From assembly GCA_963764625.1 (NCBI GenBank), contig CAVXTH010000006.1, positions 544,001 through 608,000 of the forward strand: a stretch of 64,000 nucleotides of DNA. Direction: 5' to 3'. The notes beneath the pieces were generated by a model. That model made no database searches. It was not told the DNA's origin and saw only the letters and a program-made list of their open reading frames with translations. The position numbers were made by a program, and so were the translations under genes. Shown here one piece after another: positions 19,131 through 28,564 of the stretch; the stretch's first letter is position 1; each line of letters begins with the position of its first letter. The stretch comes from Candidatus Krumholzibacteriota bacterium (GTDB taxonomy: Bacteria; Krumholzibacteriota; Krumholzibacteriia; JAJRXK01).

Positions 19131-20369
19131 GTGAAGGGACGACGTGTCGTCATCACTGGTTGCGGGGCCATCTCGCCGGTGGGCATCGGTGTGAGTGAAA
19201 CCTGGGAAAAGCTCCTGGACGGTGTGCCAGGGGGAGGCCCGATCACGATCTTCGACGCCAGCGACCAGAGCGTGCGCCTGGCGGCAGAGGTCAAGAACTG
19301 GGATCCCAGTCTGTACTTCGAGCCCAAAGACGCCCGAAAGATGGACCGATTCACCCAGTTCGGGGTGGCGGCAGCCGCCGAAGCGATCGAAAACAGCGGA
19401 CTGATCGTCGACGATCCCTCGCGCGTGGGCGCCATCATCGGCAGCGGTATCGGCGGGATGATCATCTACGAGAAGCAGCACGAGGCGCTGCTCAGAGGTG
19501 GACCTCGCCGGGTCTCTCCCTTCTTCATTCCCATGATGATCGGTGACATGGTGGCGGGCCTCGTCTCCATTCGTCACGGACTCAAGGGACCGAATTACTG
19601 CACGGTATCCGCCTGTGCCTCAGGTGCGAACGCCATCGTGGATGCGGCCATGCTGATTGGGACCGGCACTGCGGACGCGATGGTCTGCGGCGGTAGTGAA
19701 GCGACCATCACCAGCATGGCAGTCGCGGGCTTTTCCAACATGAAGGCGCTTTCCAGCCGTAACGACACTCCGGGCAGCGCTTCTCGCCCCTTCGATAGAA
19801 CTCGCGATGGATTCGTCATCGGTGAAGGTGCGGGAATCGTCGTGCTGGAAGAAGCCGAAAGAGCCAAGGCAAGGGGCGCTGAGATCATTGCCGAAGTGGT
19901 GGGATGGGGGCTGAGCGCCGACGCTTACCACATGACAGCGCCCGCTCCGGACGGCAGCGGGGCTGCGAGCGCGATGCGGCAGGCCCTGCAGAGCGCGGAA
20001 CTCGATCCCACTGCGATCGACTACATCAATGCTCACGGCACTTCGACGCCACTGAACGACCGGATCGAGGTCCATGCCGTGAAAGAAGTCTTCAAGGACC
20101 ACGCCTACAAATTGAAAATGGGTTCGACGAAATCGATGACCGGTCACTTACTGGGTGCGGCGGGCGGCCTCGAGGCGGTCATCTCCGCGTTGGCCATTCA
20201 GAACGGACGAATCCCGCCCACGATCAATCTGAAAGAACCAGATCCGGATTGCGATCTCGATCACGTCAGCGATGGCCCGGTGGAAATGGACGTGCGGCAC
20301 GTGCTGAGCAACAGTTTCGGTTTTGGTGGGCACAATGTCGCCCTGATCCTGAGCCGCTTTCAGAACTAG
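19131..20369 (+). CDS. fabF: 3-oxoacyl-ACP synthase II
   Basis: Catalytic Cys in SACAS, NAHGTST, KSMTGHLLGAAG, SNSFGFGGHN. Confidence 0.97.
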   Translation: MKGRRVVITGCGAISPVGIGVSETWEKLLDGVPGGGPITIFDASDQSVRLAAEVKNWDPSLYFEPKDARKMDRFTQFGVAAAAEAIENSGLIVDDPSRVGAIIGSGIGGMIIYEKQHEALLRGGPRRVSPFFIPMMIGDMVAGLVSIRHGLKGPNYCTVSACASGANAIVDAAMLIGTGTADAMVCGGSEATITSMAVAGFSNMKALSSRNDTPGSASRPFDRTRDGFVIGEGAGIVVLEEAERAKARGAEIIAEVVGWGLSADAYHMTAPAPDGSGAASAMRQALQSAELDPTAIDYINAHGTSTPLNDRIEVHAVKEVFKDHAYKLKMGSTKSMTGHLLGAAGGLEAVISALAIQNGRIPPTINLKEPDPDCDLDHVSDGPVEMDVRHVLSNSFGFGGHNVALILSRFQN

Positions 20370-20387
20370 TCGAAAGGAAGGAGTGCG

Positions 20388-21206
20388 ATGGGGAGCAGAG
20401 CGGCCTCGTGGTTTCGCGGCCTCTGGTCTCGTCTGGGCATCCCTCTCTTCCGGTCGGGGTCGAGCGACCAACTCGCTCCCGGACAGGCGCTGCTCGAGCG
20501 GAAGATCGGCTATCACTTCCGCGATCCCAGTCTGCTCTCCAAGGCTCTGACCCACCGCAGTTACGTTCACGTGATGGGCCAGACCCGGATCGAAAGCAAT
20601 GAACGCTTCGAATTCCTTGGGGACGCGGTCCTGGGATTGGTGGTCAACGAGTATCTCTGTCGCCGTTTCCTCATGAAGGAGGAGGGCGATCTCACCAAGA
20701 TCAAGTCTCTCCTGGTCTGTGGGCCTACCCTCACCAAGATCGCCGAGCGTCTCGGGTTGGGGGAGCATCTTCTTCTCTCTCGAAGTGAGGAGAGCACCGG
20801 CGGACGGCACCGCGATTCCATCCTGGCAGATGCGATGGAGGCGGTGCTGGGATCGATCTACCTCGATGGAGGTCTTGCTCCCGCGGCCCGAGTGGTGCAC
20901 GACCAGGTCCTGGTAAACGTGAACGACACCATCCATGAGCGTACCGGGCGAAACTACAAGAGTCTGCTCCAGGAGACCCTGCAGGCGCAGTACAAGATGG
21001 CGCCCCGCTACCGGATCTCTACCACGAGCGGTCCGGACCACGCGCGTCGCTTCACGGTCAAGGTGAGTCTGAAGGGAGCAGTGCTCGGCGTGGGTTCGGG
21101 TAATTCCAAGAAACAGGCCGAGCAGCGTGCGGCCGAGATCGCCCTGACCCGCCTGGACGAACTTCAGGGAGTTTTGGACTCTCCTCTCCGGAACGAGGAG
21201 AACTAG
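20388..21206 (+). CDS. rnc: Ribonuclease III
   Basis: ALTHRS, NERFEFLGDAVL, LADAMEA, dsRBD (NYKSLLQE, GNSKKQAEQRAA). Confidence 0.96.
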   Translation: MGSRAASWFRGLWSRLGIPLFRSGSSDQLAPGQALLERKIGYHFRDPSLLSKALTHRSYVHVMGQTRIESNERFEFLGDAVLGLVVNEYLCRRFLMKEEGDLTKIKSLLVCGPTLTKIAERLGLGEHLLLSRSEESTGGRHRDSILADAMEAVLGSIYLDGGLAPAARVVHDQVLVNVNDTIHERTGRNYKSLLQETLQAQYKMAPRYRISTTSGPDHARRFTVKVSLKGAVLGVGSGNSKKQAEQRAAEIALTRLDELQGVLDSPLRNEEN

Positions 21207-21210
21207 GCGC

Positions 21211-21226
21211 TGGCACGGCCCGTGCT
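21211..21226 (+). promoter_or_regulatory. Putative sigma54 -24/-12 promoter
   Basis: TGGCACGGCCCGTGCT versus consensus TGGCACG-N4-TTGCW (one mismatch); intergenic, just upstream of the Cys-rich orphan. Confidence 0.6.
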
Positions 21227-21262
21227 GCGTCCCAAGACGGAGAAGTCCCGGAAAGAGTTCAG

Positions 21263-21751
21263 ATGCATAAACCGACAAAACCACCTGTAAACACACAGTT
21301 TACGCATGGCGCGCCCTACGACGCGCTGTGCGACGTGTGCTCTTTGCCCTGTGGATTCGACGCCTGCGGAGAGACCTGCCACCGGCGCCACTTTCTGATC
21401 GGGGCTCTCCAGTGCTCCTACTTCTTCCGCGGCTACTGCTTCCTGGTGGACATCGATGGCTGTGCGTTCGATAACGGCGCCAAGACCGAAACCTACTGGC
21501 TCGGCCTGATTCGCGATTACGTACACAACCTCAAGGGGCAGGAAGAGGACGAGGGATTCCGGAAGGCCAAGGAACAGTCGATTCGCTATCTTGAGGAACA
21601 AATCGAGCTTAAGAACGTGTATCTCTGTCGCTATCTCGAAGAGCAGTACGACCTGGCTCTTCAGAGCGGGGGGAGCGCGAGCGAAGAAGACCTGGGCCAT
21701 CTTGACGCTGCCTATGAGCAGCTGATGAGCGGCGCCAAACGGAAGCCGTAG
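21263..21751 (+). CDS. Hypothetical Cys-rich putative metal-binding protein
   Basis: Fills the rnc-mog gap with natural-looking codon usage; 8 Cys in residues 23-67, then an acidic helical C-terminus. Confidence 0.7.
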   Translation: MHKPTKPPVNTQFTHGAPYDALCDVCSLPCGFDACGETCHRRHFLIGALQCSYFFRGYCFLVDIDGCAFDNGAKTETYWLGLIRDYVHNLKGQEEDEGFRKAKEQSIRYLEEQIELKNVYLCRYLEEQYDLALQSGGSASEEDLGHLDAAYEQLMSGAKRKP

Positions 21752-21770
21752 GAACCCGAGAGCCTCTATT

Positions 21771-22304
21771 TTGAATTCAACGCCTCAAGTCCTCACCGCC
21801 CGCGTGCTGACCGTGAGCGATCGCTGCGCGAAGGGCGAGAAAGTCGATGAGAGCGGTCCCGCTCTCGTGCGGCGGTTGGGCGAACTGGGCTACCAGGTGC
21901 TCGGCTTGGAGCTCGTGTGCGACGGGGAGAATGAGGTCGCGGCCAAGCTCCGAGAAATCTGCACGCGCGAGGACGCGCAGCTCATACTCACCACGGGAGG
22001 CAGCGGACTCGCTTCTCGGGACCAGACTCCCGAGGCGACTCTGCGGCTCGCGCAGCGAGTCGTCCCCGGTCTCATGGAACACGCGCGTCGCGTATGCGCC
22101 GAGATCACCCCCCTGGCCGCCTTGAGTCGAGGAGTGGCGGTCATCGCAGACGCGTCGTTGATCGTGAATCTTCCCGGACATCCCAAAGCGGCATTGGAGA
22201 CTCTGGAAGCCATCCACGAGCTCCTGCCTCACGCGTTGAAGGTCATGGCAAGCTCGAGCGATTGTCCACGGACGGGTCGCGGAGGAAGTGGAGAAGCGGT
22301 ATGA
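21771..22304 (+). CDS. mog: Molybdopterin adenylyltransferase, MogA/MoaB family
   Basis: LTVSDR..DESG, TTGGSG...RDQTPEAT, LSRGVA, NLPGHPKA. Confidence 0.9.
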   Translation: MNSTPQVLTARVLTVSDRCAKGEKVDESGPALVRRLGELGYQVLGLELVCDGENEVAAKLREICTREDAQLILTTGGSGLASRDQTPEATLRLAQRVVPGLMEHARRVCAEITPLAALSRGVAVIADASLIVNLPGHPKAALETLEAIHELLPHALKVMASSSDCPRTGRGGSGEAV

Positions 22305-24117
22305 AACGAACTTGGTCCCTCACACCTTCCGTGAGGCGCGTCCTGGGACTCTCCATCGGGCTCGTGCTGTCTCTCGAATGCGGCTGGTTAGTTCCCGTCG
22401 CATGCGCCACGGACAATGGTTCCGCTGCAGCGGATACAAGCATGGTTCCTCTGTTGCCGGAGTCGGTTCCGACCGCGCTGTTCATCGCGGGCGCCATGAT
22501 CGAGGGAGGAGATTTCGAGGGCGCGCTCGAACAATACGGATTCGCCCTGAGACAAGATCCCAAGAACCAGGAGATCCTCGACCGCACCGTCGCTCTCGCC
22601 CTGCGCATGGGACGGCTCAAAGACGCGCTCGCCGCGGTGAACATGGGCCTCTACGTTTCAAAAGGCGATCGAGATCTGCGCGTGCAAAAGACGAGATTGT
22701 TGCTTCTGGGCGGGCTCACCGACCAAGCATTTCCGCTCAGCGAGGAGCTGGGGCGCGAGTTTCCCGACGACCCAGAGATCCTTTCTCTGCGGGTGGAAGT
22801 CCTGCAACGTCTCGGACGTCTCAAGGATGCGGTGGCGCTGCAGTCCAAGCGCCTGGAGGAGAACCCGGACGATCCCCAACTCTTGCGGTCGCGGGCGGCA
22901 CTGCTCCTCCGCGCTGGCTCAAAGGAAGAAGGCGAGACCATCCTGAAGGAGCTGCTGGCCAAGGATCCTCAAGACGAGGCGTCGGCGCAGATTCTGGTGA
23001 ATCAATACCGAACCGACGGTCAAGCCGACCAGGCGATCGCCCTTTTGGAGAAACTCCTGGACCAGAATCCCGATGGCGAGACCTATCGGCGACTGCTCGC
23101 GGATCTCTACCTCGGCCAAGGTCGCAACGGAGATGCGTGTGACATGTTGATGCCCCTGGCGCGGGACGGTTCACTCGATCGGCACGGGCAGATTCTTCTC
23201 ACCGATCTCTTGATCCGGCAGGAACGCTACGATGACGCGTGGGAGTTGGCCCAGGGACTCCTGACCGAGAACGAGCAGGATGGGCTGGTCCTGCAGATGG
23301 TGGGGGAGATCGCGCTGGAGAGAGGTGAACTGAGCACCGCGGAAGACACGCTGCGCCGCGCGCTCCAGGTGCGCCCGGACGATCCCGGGATTTTGGTAAG
23401 TCTCCTTCTGGCCATGAGCCGGCACTACCCCGACTTGAGCGGTGGACATCCCGACGCGAAAAAGCACCAACTCGCCTCCGACACCCAGATCCAGGAGCGT
23501 TTCAACCGCCTTCTGGTTGCGGCGCAGGGGAATGTGCAAGCGAAGAGTTTCCGGCAGAATCTCATCCTGGGTTCCTTGCTACGGCGCGCGGATCGATCGA
23601 GCGAAGCGGTGATCCCCTTGGGCCGTGCGGCGGCTCTGCAAGAGGACAACGTGCAGGCCCTCAACGAGCTCGCCTGGGCACAGGAGAGCGCGGGTCTCTA
23701 CCACGAGGCCTGCAAGACTCTCGACGAACTGCTCAAGCTGCGCCCGCACGAAGCGAACGTGCTGAACTTTTACGGATACCTTTTGGCGGACCAAGGTTGG
23801 GAGCTAGAGCGAGCTCAGTCCATGATCGAGGAAGCAGTGCAGGCCGAGCCGAAGAATCCCTACTATCTCGACAGCCTGGGATGGGTGCTCTATCGACAGG
23901 GTCACTACGAAGAGGCGTTGGCGAAGCTCATCGATTCGGCCAATCTGATCGGAGACGACTTGACGGTTCTGCTCCACATGGGACAGGTGCTCTTGTCGCT
24001 GCAGCGCTATGACGAAGCTCGGGGAGTTCTCGAGCGCGCTCTGGCCTTGGGGGGGACAAGGTCGTCCTGGCTCCGCTCATCGAACGCGCGAAGTCCGGAG
24101 GAAGCGATGCTCACTGA
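22301..24117 (+). CDS. Exported tetratricopeptide-repeat protein; probable frameshift at G7 run 24049-24055
   Basis: Signal peptide and many TPRs; C-terminal NFYGYLLAD...YLDSLGWVLYRQG. One extra G gives LGGDKVVLAPLIERAKSGGSDAH* ending at 24117. Confidence 0.75.
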
Positions 24118-24826
24118 GCGAGTGTGCCTGGTCGTGGCCTGCGTGTTCCTCCTCGGTGGCTGCGGCGCCAAGACAATTCCGCTTCGCGACTCTCCCGACG
24201 CACCCACCGCCCTGCAACTGGCGGCCACTGCGTCGACCCGCTCCTTGCACTTCGCCGGCGAACTAGATGGTGGCGCGCTGGGCTTCGGACCGAGCGTGAA
24301 GATCGAGGCCTGGCTTCGGTCGGATCTCTGGCTGCGGGCGGATCTACGCTACGAGGACGAGGATGGAGAGCCCGGGCACGAGGTCCTCATCTGGGGACCG
24401 CAGAGCGCGGTCCTCTTCGATCGCAGGAAGGGCCGCTTCACCGAGCTGGGCGATCACGCGGGCGAGGTGGAGATTCACGGAGGCGTCTTCTACGTCCGGC
24501 ACGCTCTCTGGTTGGCTCTGGCCCATTGGGTGGGACCGGAGTTGGGCGCCGGACGGGTGGAGGGGGAGAGGTGGCAGGCCCGGGATGGAGCCATGGGAAT
24601 CAGGGCCCTCCTGGGAAAGGACCGGGCCAAGGAGCTGGAACTGGTGTGGCGGGGAGAGCGGCTGCTCGCGCTCCCCAAGAGCTGGACGAAGACCTCCTGG
24701 GGCATGATTCCCCGCGAAACGGAGTTCCAGGGGAGTTTCCTGGACGCCCCGGCCCAGCTTCGATGGAGAGTCGAGGAGATCCCGGTCTTCGCCGATAGCC
24801 TCCTGGACCCTCTCATGCTTCCTTAG
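24107..24826 (+). CDS. Putative lipoprotein (possibly LolB/DUF4292-like fold)
   Basis: RBS GGAGGA at 24097-24102, ATG at 24107, lipobox LGGC, beta-rich body. Appears fused to the TPR ORF in the ORF track. Confidence 0.65.
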   Translation: MLTERVCLVVACVFLLGGCGAKTIPLRDSPDAPTALQLAATASTRSLHFAGELDGGALGFGPSVKIEAWLRSDLWLRADLRYEDEDGEPGHEVLIWGPQSAVLFDRRKGRFTELGDHAGEVEIHGGVFYVRHALWLALAHWVGPELGAGRVEGERWQARDGAMGIRALLGKDRAKELELVWRGERLLALPKSWTKTSWGMIPRETEFQGSFLDAPAQLRWRVEEIPVFADSLLDPLMLP

Positions 24827-24830
24827 AGGC

Positions 24831-24858
24831 GGGAACCCGAGTAGGCCGGGGGGGTATA
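24831..24858 (+). promoter_or_regulatory. Putative ECF sigma autoregulatory promoter
   Basis: GGGAACCC...; GGAAC(24832-36)-N17-GTATA(24854-58). Confidence 0.55.
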
Positions 24859-24969
24859 AAGCTCCAGAATCCGGCCCCGAAGACGAGACCTCGCCCCGGC
24901 GAGTGGAATTCGCGAAGAGGCGGCCGGACTGGTTGTGGCGTTCAGGCACCAGGTGAAACGGCGGCTCTC

Positions 24970-25647
24970 ATGGCGACACAGAGGATGGTGAGACAACTGG
25001 ACCCCAGGCAGAAGCCCGCCTCGCGTGGTGAGTTGAGCGATGAAGAGCTCATGCTCCGCGTGCAGGAGGGTGACAAGTCCTGCTACGACGTCTTGGTGGG
25101 GCGCTACAAGCTGCGTCTCTACAACTACATTTTGCGAATGGTGGGCCGCCCCGACGTCGCCGAGGAAATTGCGCAGGACGCGTTCGTGCGAGCTTACATC
25201 CACGCCGACAAGTACCGCACGATTGCCCGCTTCTCTACCTGGCTCTACACGATCGCGACCAATCTGGTTCGAAATCGCTTCCGGAAGAAGAAGCGGTTGC
25301 CCCAGATTCTCTCGCTCTTCTACAAAGGCGACGGCGACGACGAAGAACGAGCCTTCGAGATTCCCGACAAAGCTCCGAATCCGGAAGAAGCGACGGCCGG
25401 CGCCGAGCTCGAACGGATCATTGCGGAAGCCAGCGCCCAGATTCCCGCGAATTATCGCGAGCCTTTTCTGCTGCGGGAAGTGAACCAACTTTCCTACGAA
25501 GAGATCGCTGCCGTGACCGGTCTCAAGCTGGGCACGGTTCGCAGTCGAATCAATCGGGCGCGCAGCCACTTCCGTCGCATCATCGAGCCCATGCTGCGGG
25601 ATGAATCCCTGATTCCTCCCGACCAACCCTCCACCCCATCCCGCTGA
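24970..25647 (+). CDS. ECF RNA polymerase sigma factor (RpoE/SigW-like)
   Basis: Region 2 AEEIAQDAFVRAY..FSTWLYTIATN; region 4 LSYEEIAAVTGLKLGTVRSRINRAR. Confidence 0.93.
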   Translation: MATQRMVRQLDPRQKPASRGELSDEELMLRVQEGDKSCYDVLVGRYKLRLYNYILRMVGRPDVAEEIAQDAFVRAYIHADKYRTIARFSTWLYTIATNLVRNRFRKKKRLPQILSLFYKGDGDDEERAFEIPDKAPNPEEATAGAELERIIAEASAQIPANYREPFLLREVNQLSYEEIAAVTGLKLGTVRSRINRARSHFRRIIEPMLRDESLIPPDQPSTPSR

Positions 25648-25660
25648 GGATTTTGGCATC

Positions 25661-26338
25661 ATGCGTTGCTCCAAGTCCCGAGTATTCATTTCCACCGCAA
25701 TGGACGGTGAACTCAACGATCAGGATCGCGTGGCTCTGGCGCATCACCTGGAGGACTGTGGTGAGTGTGTGTCCTACCAGAGTGATCTCGAGACCTGCCA
25801 CCGGCTTCTCCAGGAGACGGAGAGCGCGCCCTCGGCTCAATTCGAGTGGATGGTGCAGCTCGGCATTCGGAAGGCTCTGCGCGCCCGCGCTTCCGAACGG
25901 GATACCGCAGGGGGAAGATTCTGGCTTCCCGCCAGCGTCAGCGCGTTTACGGTCTTGGTGGTGGTGATGGGTCTGGGTCTCTGGCTCCTTCCTTCTCCTG
26001 GCACTCAGACCGAGTCCGACACGAACGGTCTCTTCGCGGAGATGAAGCCAGCAAACACGAAGACTCCGGCCCTCGGTTTCTCCGCCGCCGAAGAGTTCAC
26101 TCAACTTCAGAAGAAGACGGTAGCCGAGGTTCCGGCCTGGCGGCTGGGCGCGCGACCGGATTGGCGGACTCCTCCTTCTCTCCTCGGTCACGTGAACACG
26201 GTGAATGCTCTTCTCATGGGCTCCTCGGAAGATATCGGTGCCCAACTGCGCTTCGGATCGCGCTATGTCCGCTTGCCGGGACAGGGCGCCGTACCCGTCG
26301 ATAGCTTGCGCCAGGGTGGATCTCCAAGTCCTCATTGA
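25661..26338 (+). CDS. Zinc-binding (ZAS, zf-HC2) transmembrane anti-sigma factor
   Basis: N-terminal Cys, DGEL, HLEDCGEC (HxxxCxxC), one transmembrane helix FWLPASVSAFTVLVVVMGLGLWLL. Confidence 0.85.
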   Translation: MRCSKSRVFISTAMDGELNDQDRVALAHHLEDCGECVSYQSDLETCHRLLQETESAPSAQFEWMVQLGIRKALRARASERDTAGGRFWLPASVSAFTVLVVVMGLGLWLLPSPGTQTESDTNGLFAEMKPANTKTPALGFSAAEEFTQLQKKTVAEVPAWRLGARPDWRTPPSLLGHVNTVNALLMGSSEDIGAQLRFGSRYVRLPGQGAVPVDSLRQGGSPSPH

Positions 26339-26405
26339 CGCGATCGAGCGCTCGGGCTCATATATTCTCCAGGGAGTTTTCGACCGCGCACTGGAGAATG
26401 ATCTC

Positions 26406-27440
26406 ATGGCCAGAATCCAAAGCACCCACTTGGTGATCCTCGGATTGGGCTTCTTGGCCTTCGCTCCGGGTTGTGAAAACGGACAGCCCATGAGCGCTGC
26501 GGTGGGTTCCTACTCGGATATCGCCGTTCTGACCGACATCGCCACTCTGGGTCCGGTGGCGAATCAACTCGATCGAGAGCTCTCCAAAGACGTCGAGTAC
26601 TCCATCCGGCCCGAGCCCCTCTTCAACGTGGACGTCTTCGACTGGAACGATCGGCGCAATGCCGAGGTCTACAAGAACGTCATCGTGGTGGGCCTCCTGA
26701 AAGGGAAGGATCCCGCGAGCCACGAATTGCGCAGCCGGCTGGGCGGAGAGACCATGAGCGATATGGGACATCGCAACTTCTACGTGGCAGTGAAGTCGGA
26801 CGTCTACAGCCGCAACCAGCTCGTGTTCTTCGTCGCGGGCAACGACCGCACCCTCATGCAGAGCGGGTTGGCCAAGAGCATCGACGTCCTCATCCATCGG
26901 ATCGAAAATGAGAACCGCATCCGGCTGCGCCATTTCCTCTTCACTAACGGACACGAGCTCGAGCTCGAGAACAAGATCAGGTCGGAGATGGGTTTCTCCC
27001 TGCAGGTTCCCGCTTCCTATAGGGAGACCAGATTCGAGAAGGGTAAGAAGGACGGTTTGGTCGAGGTCGCCGCGGTCAGGCCCACGCGGACGGCGAGTAT
27101 CTACTATCTCGACGATGCCGACAGCACGATGCTCGACGACCACGACGTCTTGCTGGAGCTTCGGCGGTCCTTCGGCGCGCGCTTCTTGGAGGAGGATCTG
27201 CAAGATACCGCCGGATTCGAGTGGAGCGAAGAGATTTTTGCCGGGAAAATGACCCCGGTGCTCTCCGGCTTCTGGCAGGCGAAGACCGGAGACTACGGCG
27301 GACCGTTCCGAACCTACTTTCTCTATGAGGCCGAGAAGCGGCGCCTATACGCCGTGACCGTCTTGACCTATGCCCCCGGCATGCAAAAGCGTCCCTACAT
27401 CCGTGAAGCCACCTGCGTGGCGGAAACCCTGGTCCCCTGA
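26406..27440 (+). CDS. DUF4837-like lipoprotein
   Basis: ATG 26406 after GGAG, lipobox APGC; PEPLFNV, DVYSRNQLV, GFW....GGPFRTY, YAPG..KR..IRE motifs recalled from Bacteroidota DUF4837. Confidence 0.7.
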   Translation: MARIQSTHLVILGLGFLAFAPGCENGQPMSAAVGSYSDIAVLTDIATLGPVANQLDRELSKDVEYSIRPEPLFNVDVFDWNDRRNAEVYKNVIVVGLLKGKDPASHELRSRLGGETMSDMGHRNFYVAVKSDVYSRNQLVFFVAGNDRTLMQSGLAKSIDVLIHRIENENRIRLRHFLFTNGHELELENKIRSEMGFSLQVPASYRETRFEKGKKDGLVEVAAVRPTRTASIYYLDDADSTMLDDHDVLLELRRSFGARFLEEDLQDTAGFEWSEEIFAGKMTPVLSGFWQAKTGDYGGPFRTYFLYEAEKRRLYAVTVLTYAPGMQKRPYIREATCVAETLVP

Positions 27441-27442
27441 AC

Positions 27443-28513
27443 GTGAACGACTTCGAAGTCAAGCTCATACCCCCGTATCCGGTGCGTCTGAGGCCGACTT
27501 TCAGAGCGACCTGGGAGGCGCTGCGCGAGGATCACCCCGATCGCCGTCTCTTCGTGGTGGCCGATCGTAAAGTCCTGAGGAATCACGCGGGAGCTCTCGC
27601 GGGTTTGAGCCCCTCGGAACGCGAGAGGGTGGTGGAGATCGCGGCGGGGGAAAGGATCAAGAACCTGCGGCATCTTGACGCCCTGGTGTCGCACGCACTC
27701 GACGCGCGCGTGGATCGGCGAACCCTCGTCGTGGCGATCGGCGGCGGGACGGTGGGTGATCTGGTGGGGTTCTTCGCCGCCAGCTACATGCGGGGCCTCG
27801 ACTGGTGTCCCATCGCCACCACCGTGATTTCGCTCGCGGATTCCGCGGTGGGGGGAAAGACGGGCGTCAACGGGTACGGGTTGAAGAATCTCATCGGGGC
27901 CTTCCACCAGCCGCGCGGAGTCTACGGCGCGTTGGAGTCGCTGGAGAGCCTTCCCCAACGCCATCGAGTGGGTGGGCTGGCCGAGGTTCTCAAGTGCGGG
28001 GTGATCGCCGATGCAGGGCTCTTCGAGTTGTTGGAATCCAGGGCGGAAGATCTCCGGATCGAAAACCTGGAATTGTGGGGGGCCATTCTCGAGCGCTCTG
28101 TGCGAGTGAAGGCCGAGGTGGTGGCGCAGGATCCCCGAGAAGCGGGCATTCGGGAGATTCTCAATTTCGGGCACACCCTCGGGCATGCCATCGAAGCCAC
28201 CGCCCGCCCGCGGTTGCACCACGGGGAGGCGGTCGCGTTGGGGATGATTGGCGCACTCAGGATTTCCCAGACGCGCGGACTGGCTCCCTCGGGCACGACC
28301 TCGCGGGTCACCGAAGTCTTGGGCCGGCTCGGCCTGCCGCGAGCCGTCCCGGGAGTGGACATCGAAACTGCTCTGGTAGCAGTAGGTTACGACAAGAAAG
28401 TCTGGGAACGTCGCGTCAGGATGGTCTTGACGGAGGGCATCGGCTCGGCTACCGTCGGCCACGAGGTCGAGTGGTCAGAATTGAGCCAGGCCTTGCAGAG
28501 CCTTCGGGTTTGA
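27443..28513 (+). CDS. aroB: 3-dehydroquinate synthase
   Basis: GE..K, GGGTVGDLVGF.A..YMRG, DSAVGGKTGVN, KNLIGAFHQP, LNFGHTLGHAIE, HGEAVA. Confidence 0.96.
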   Translation: MNDFEVKLIPPYPVRLRPTFRATWEALREDHPDRRLFVVADRKVLRNHAGALAGLSPSERERVVEIAAGERIKNLRHLDALVSHALDARVDRRTLVVAIGGGTVGDLVGFFAASYMRGLDWCPIATTVISLADSAVGGKTGVNGYGLKNLIGAFHQPRGVYGALESLESLPQRHRVGGLAEVLKCGVIADAGLFELLESRAEDLRIENLELWGAILERSVRVKAEVVAQDPREAGIREILNFGHTLGHAIEATARPRLHHGEAVALGMIGALRISQTRGLAPSGTTSRVTEVLGRLGLPRAVPGVDIETALVAVGYDKKVWERRVRMVLTEGIGSATVGHEVEWSELSQALQSLRV

Positions 28514-28564
28514 AGCCAGGCTGTACCAGCATCCGACACCTGGTGTCGAAAGGGAGTCGCGGTC

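Noticed and set aside
22094-24826. 910-aa TPR fusion protein as given in the ORF track
   Set aside because: The true start is 22301, and an internal RBS plus lipobox at 24107 indicates two genes joined by a G-tract indel.
25654-25670. TGGCATCATGCGTTGCT as a sigma54 promoter
   Set aside because: The GG-GC spacing is one base too long and the site overlaps the anti-sigma start codon.
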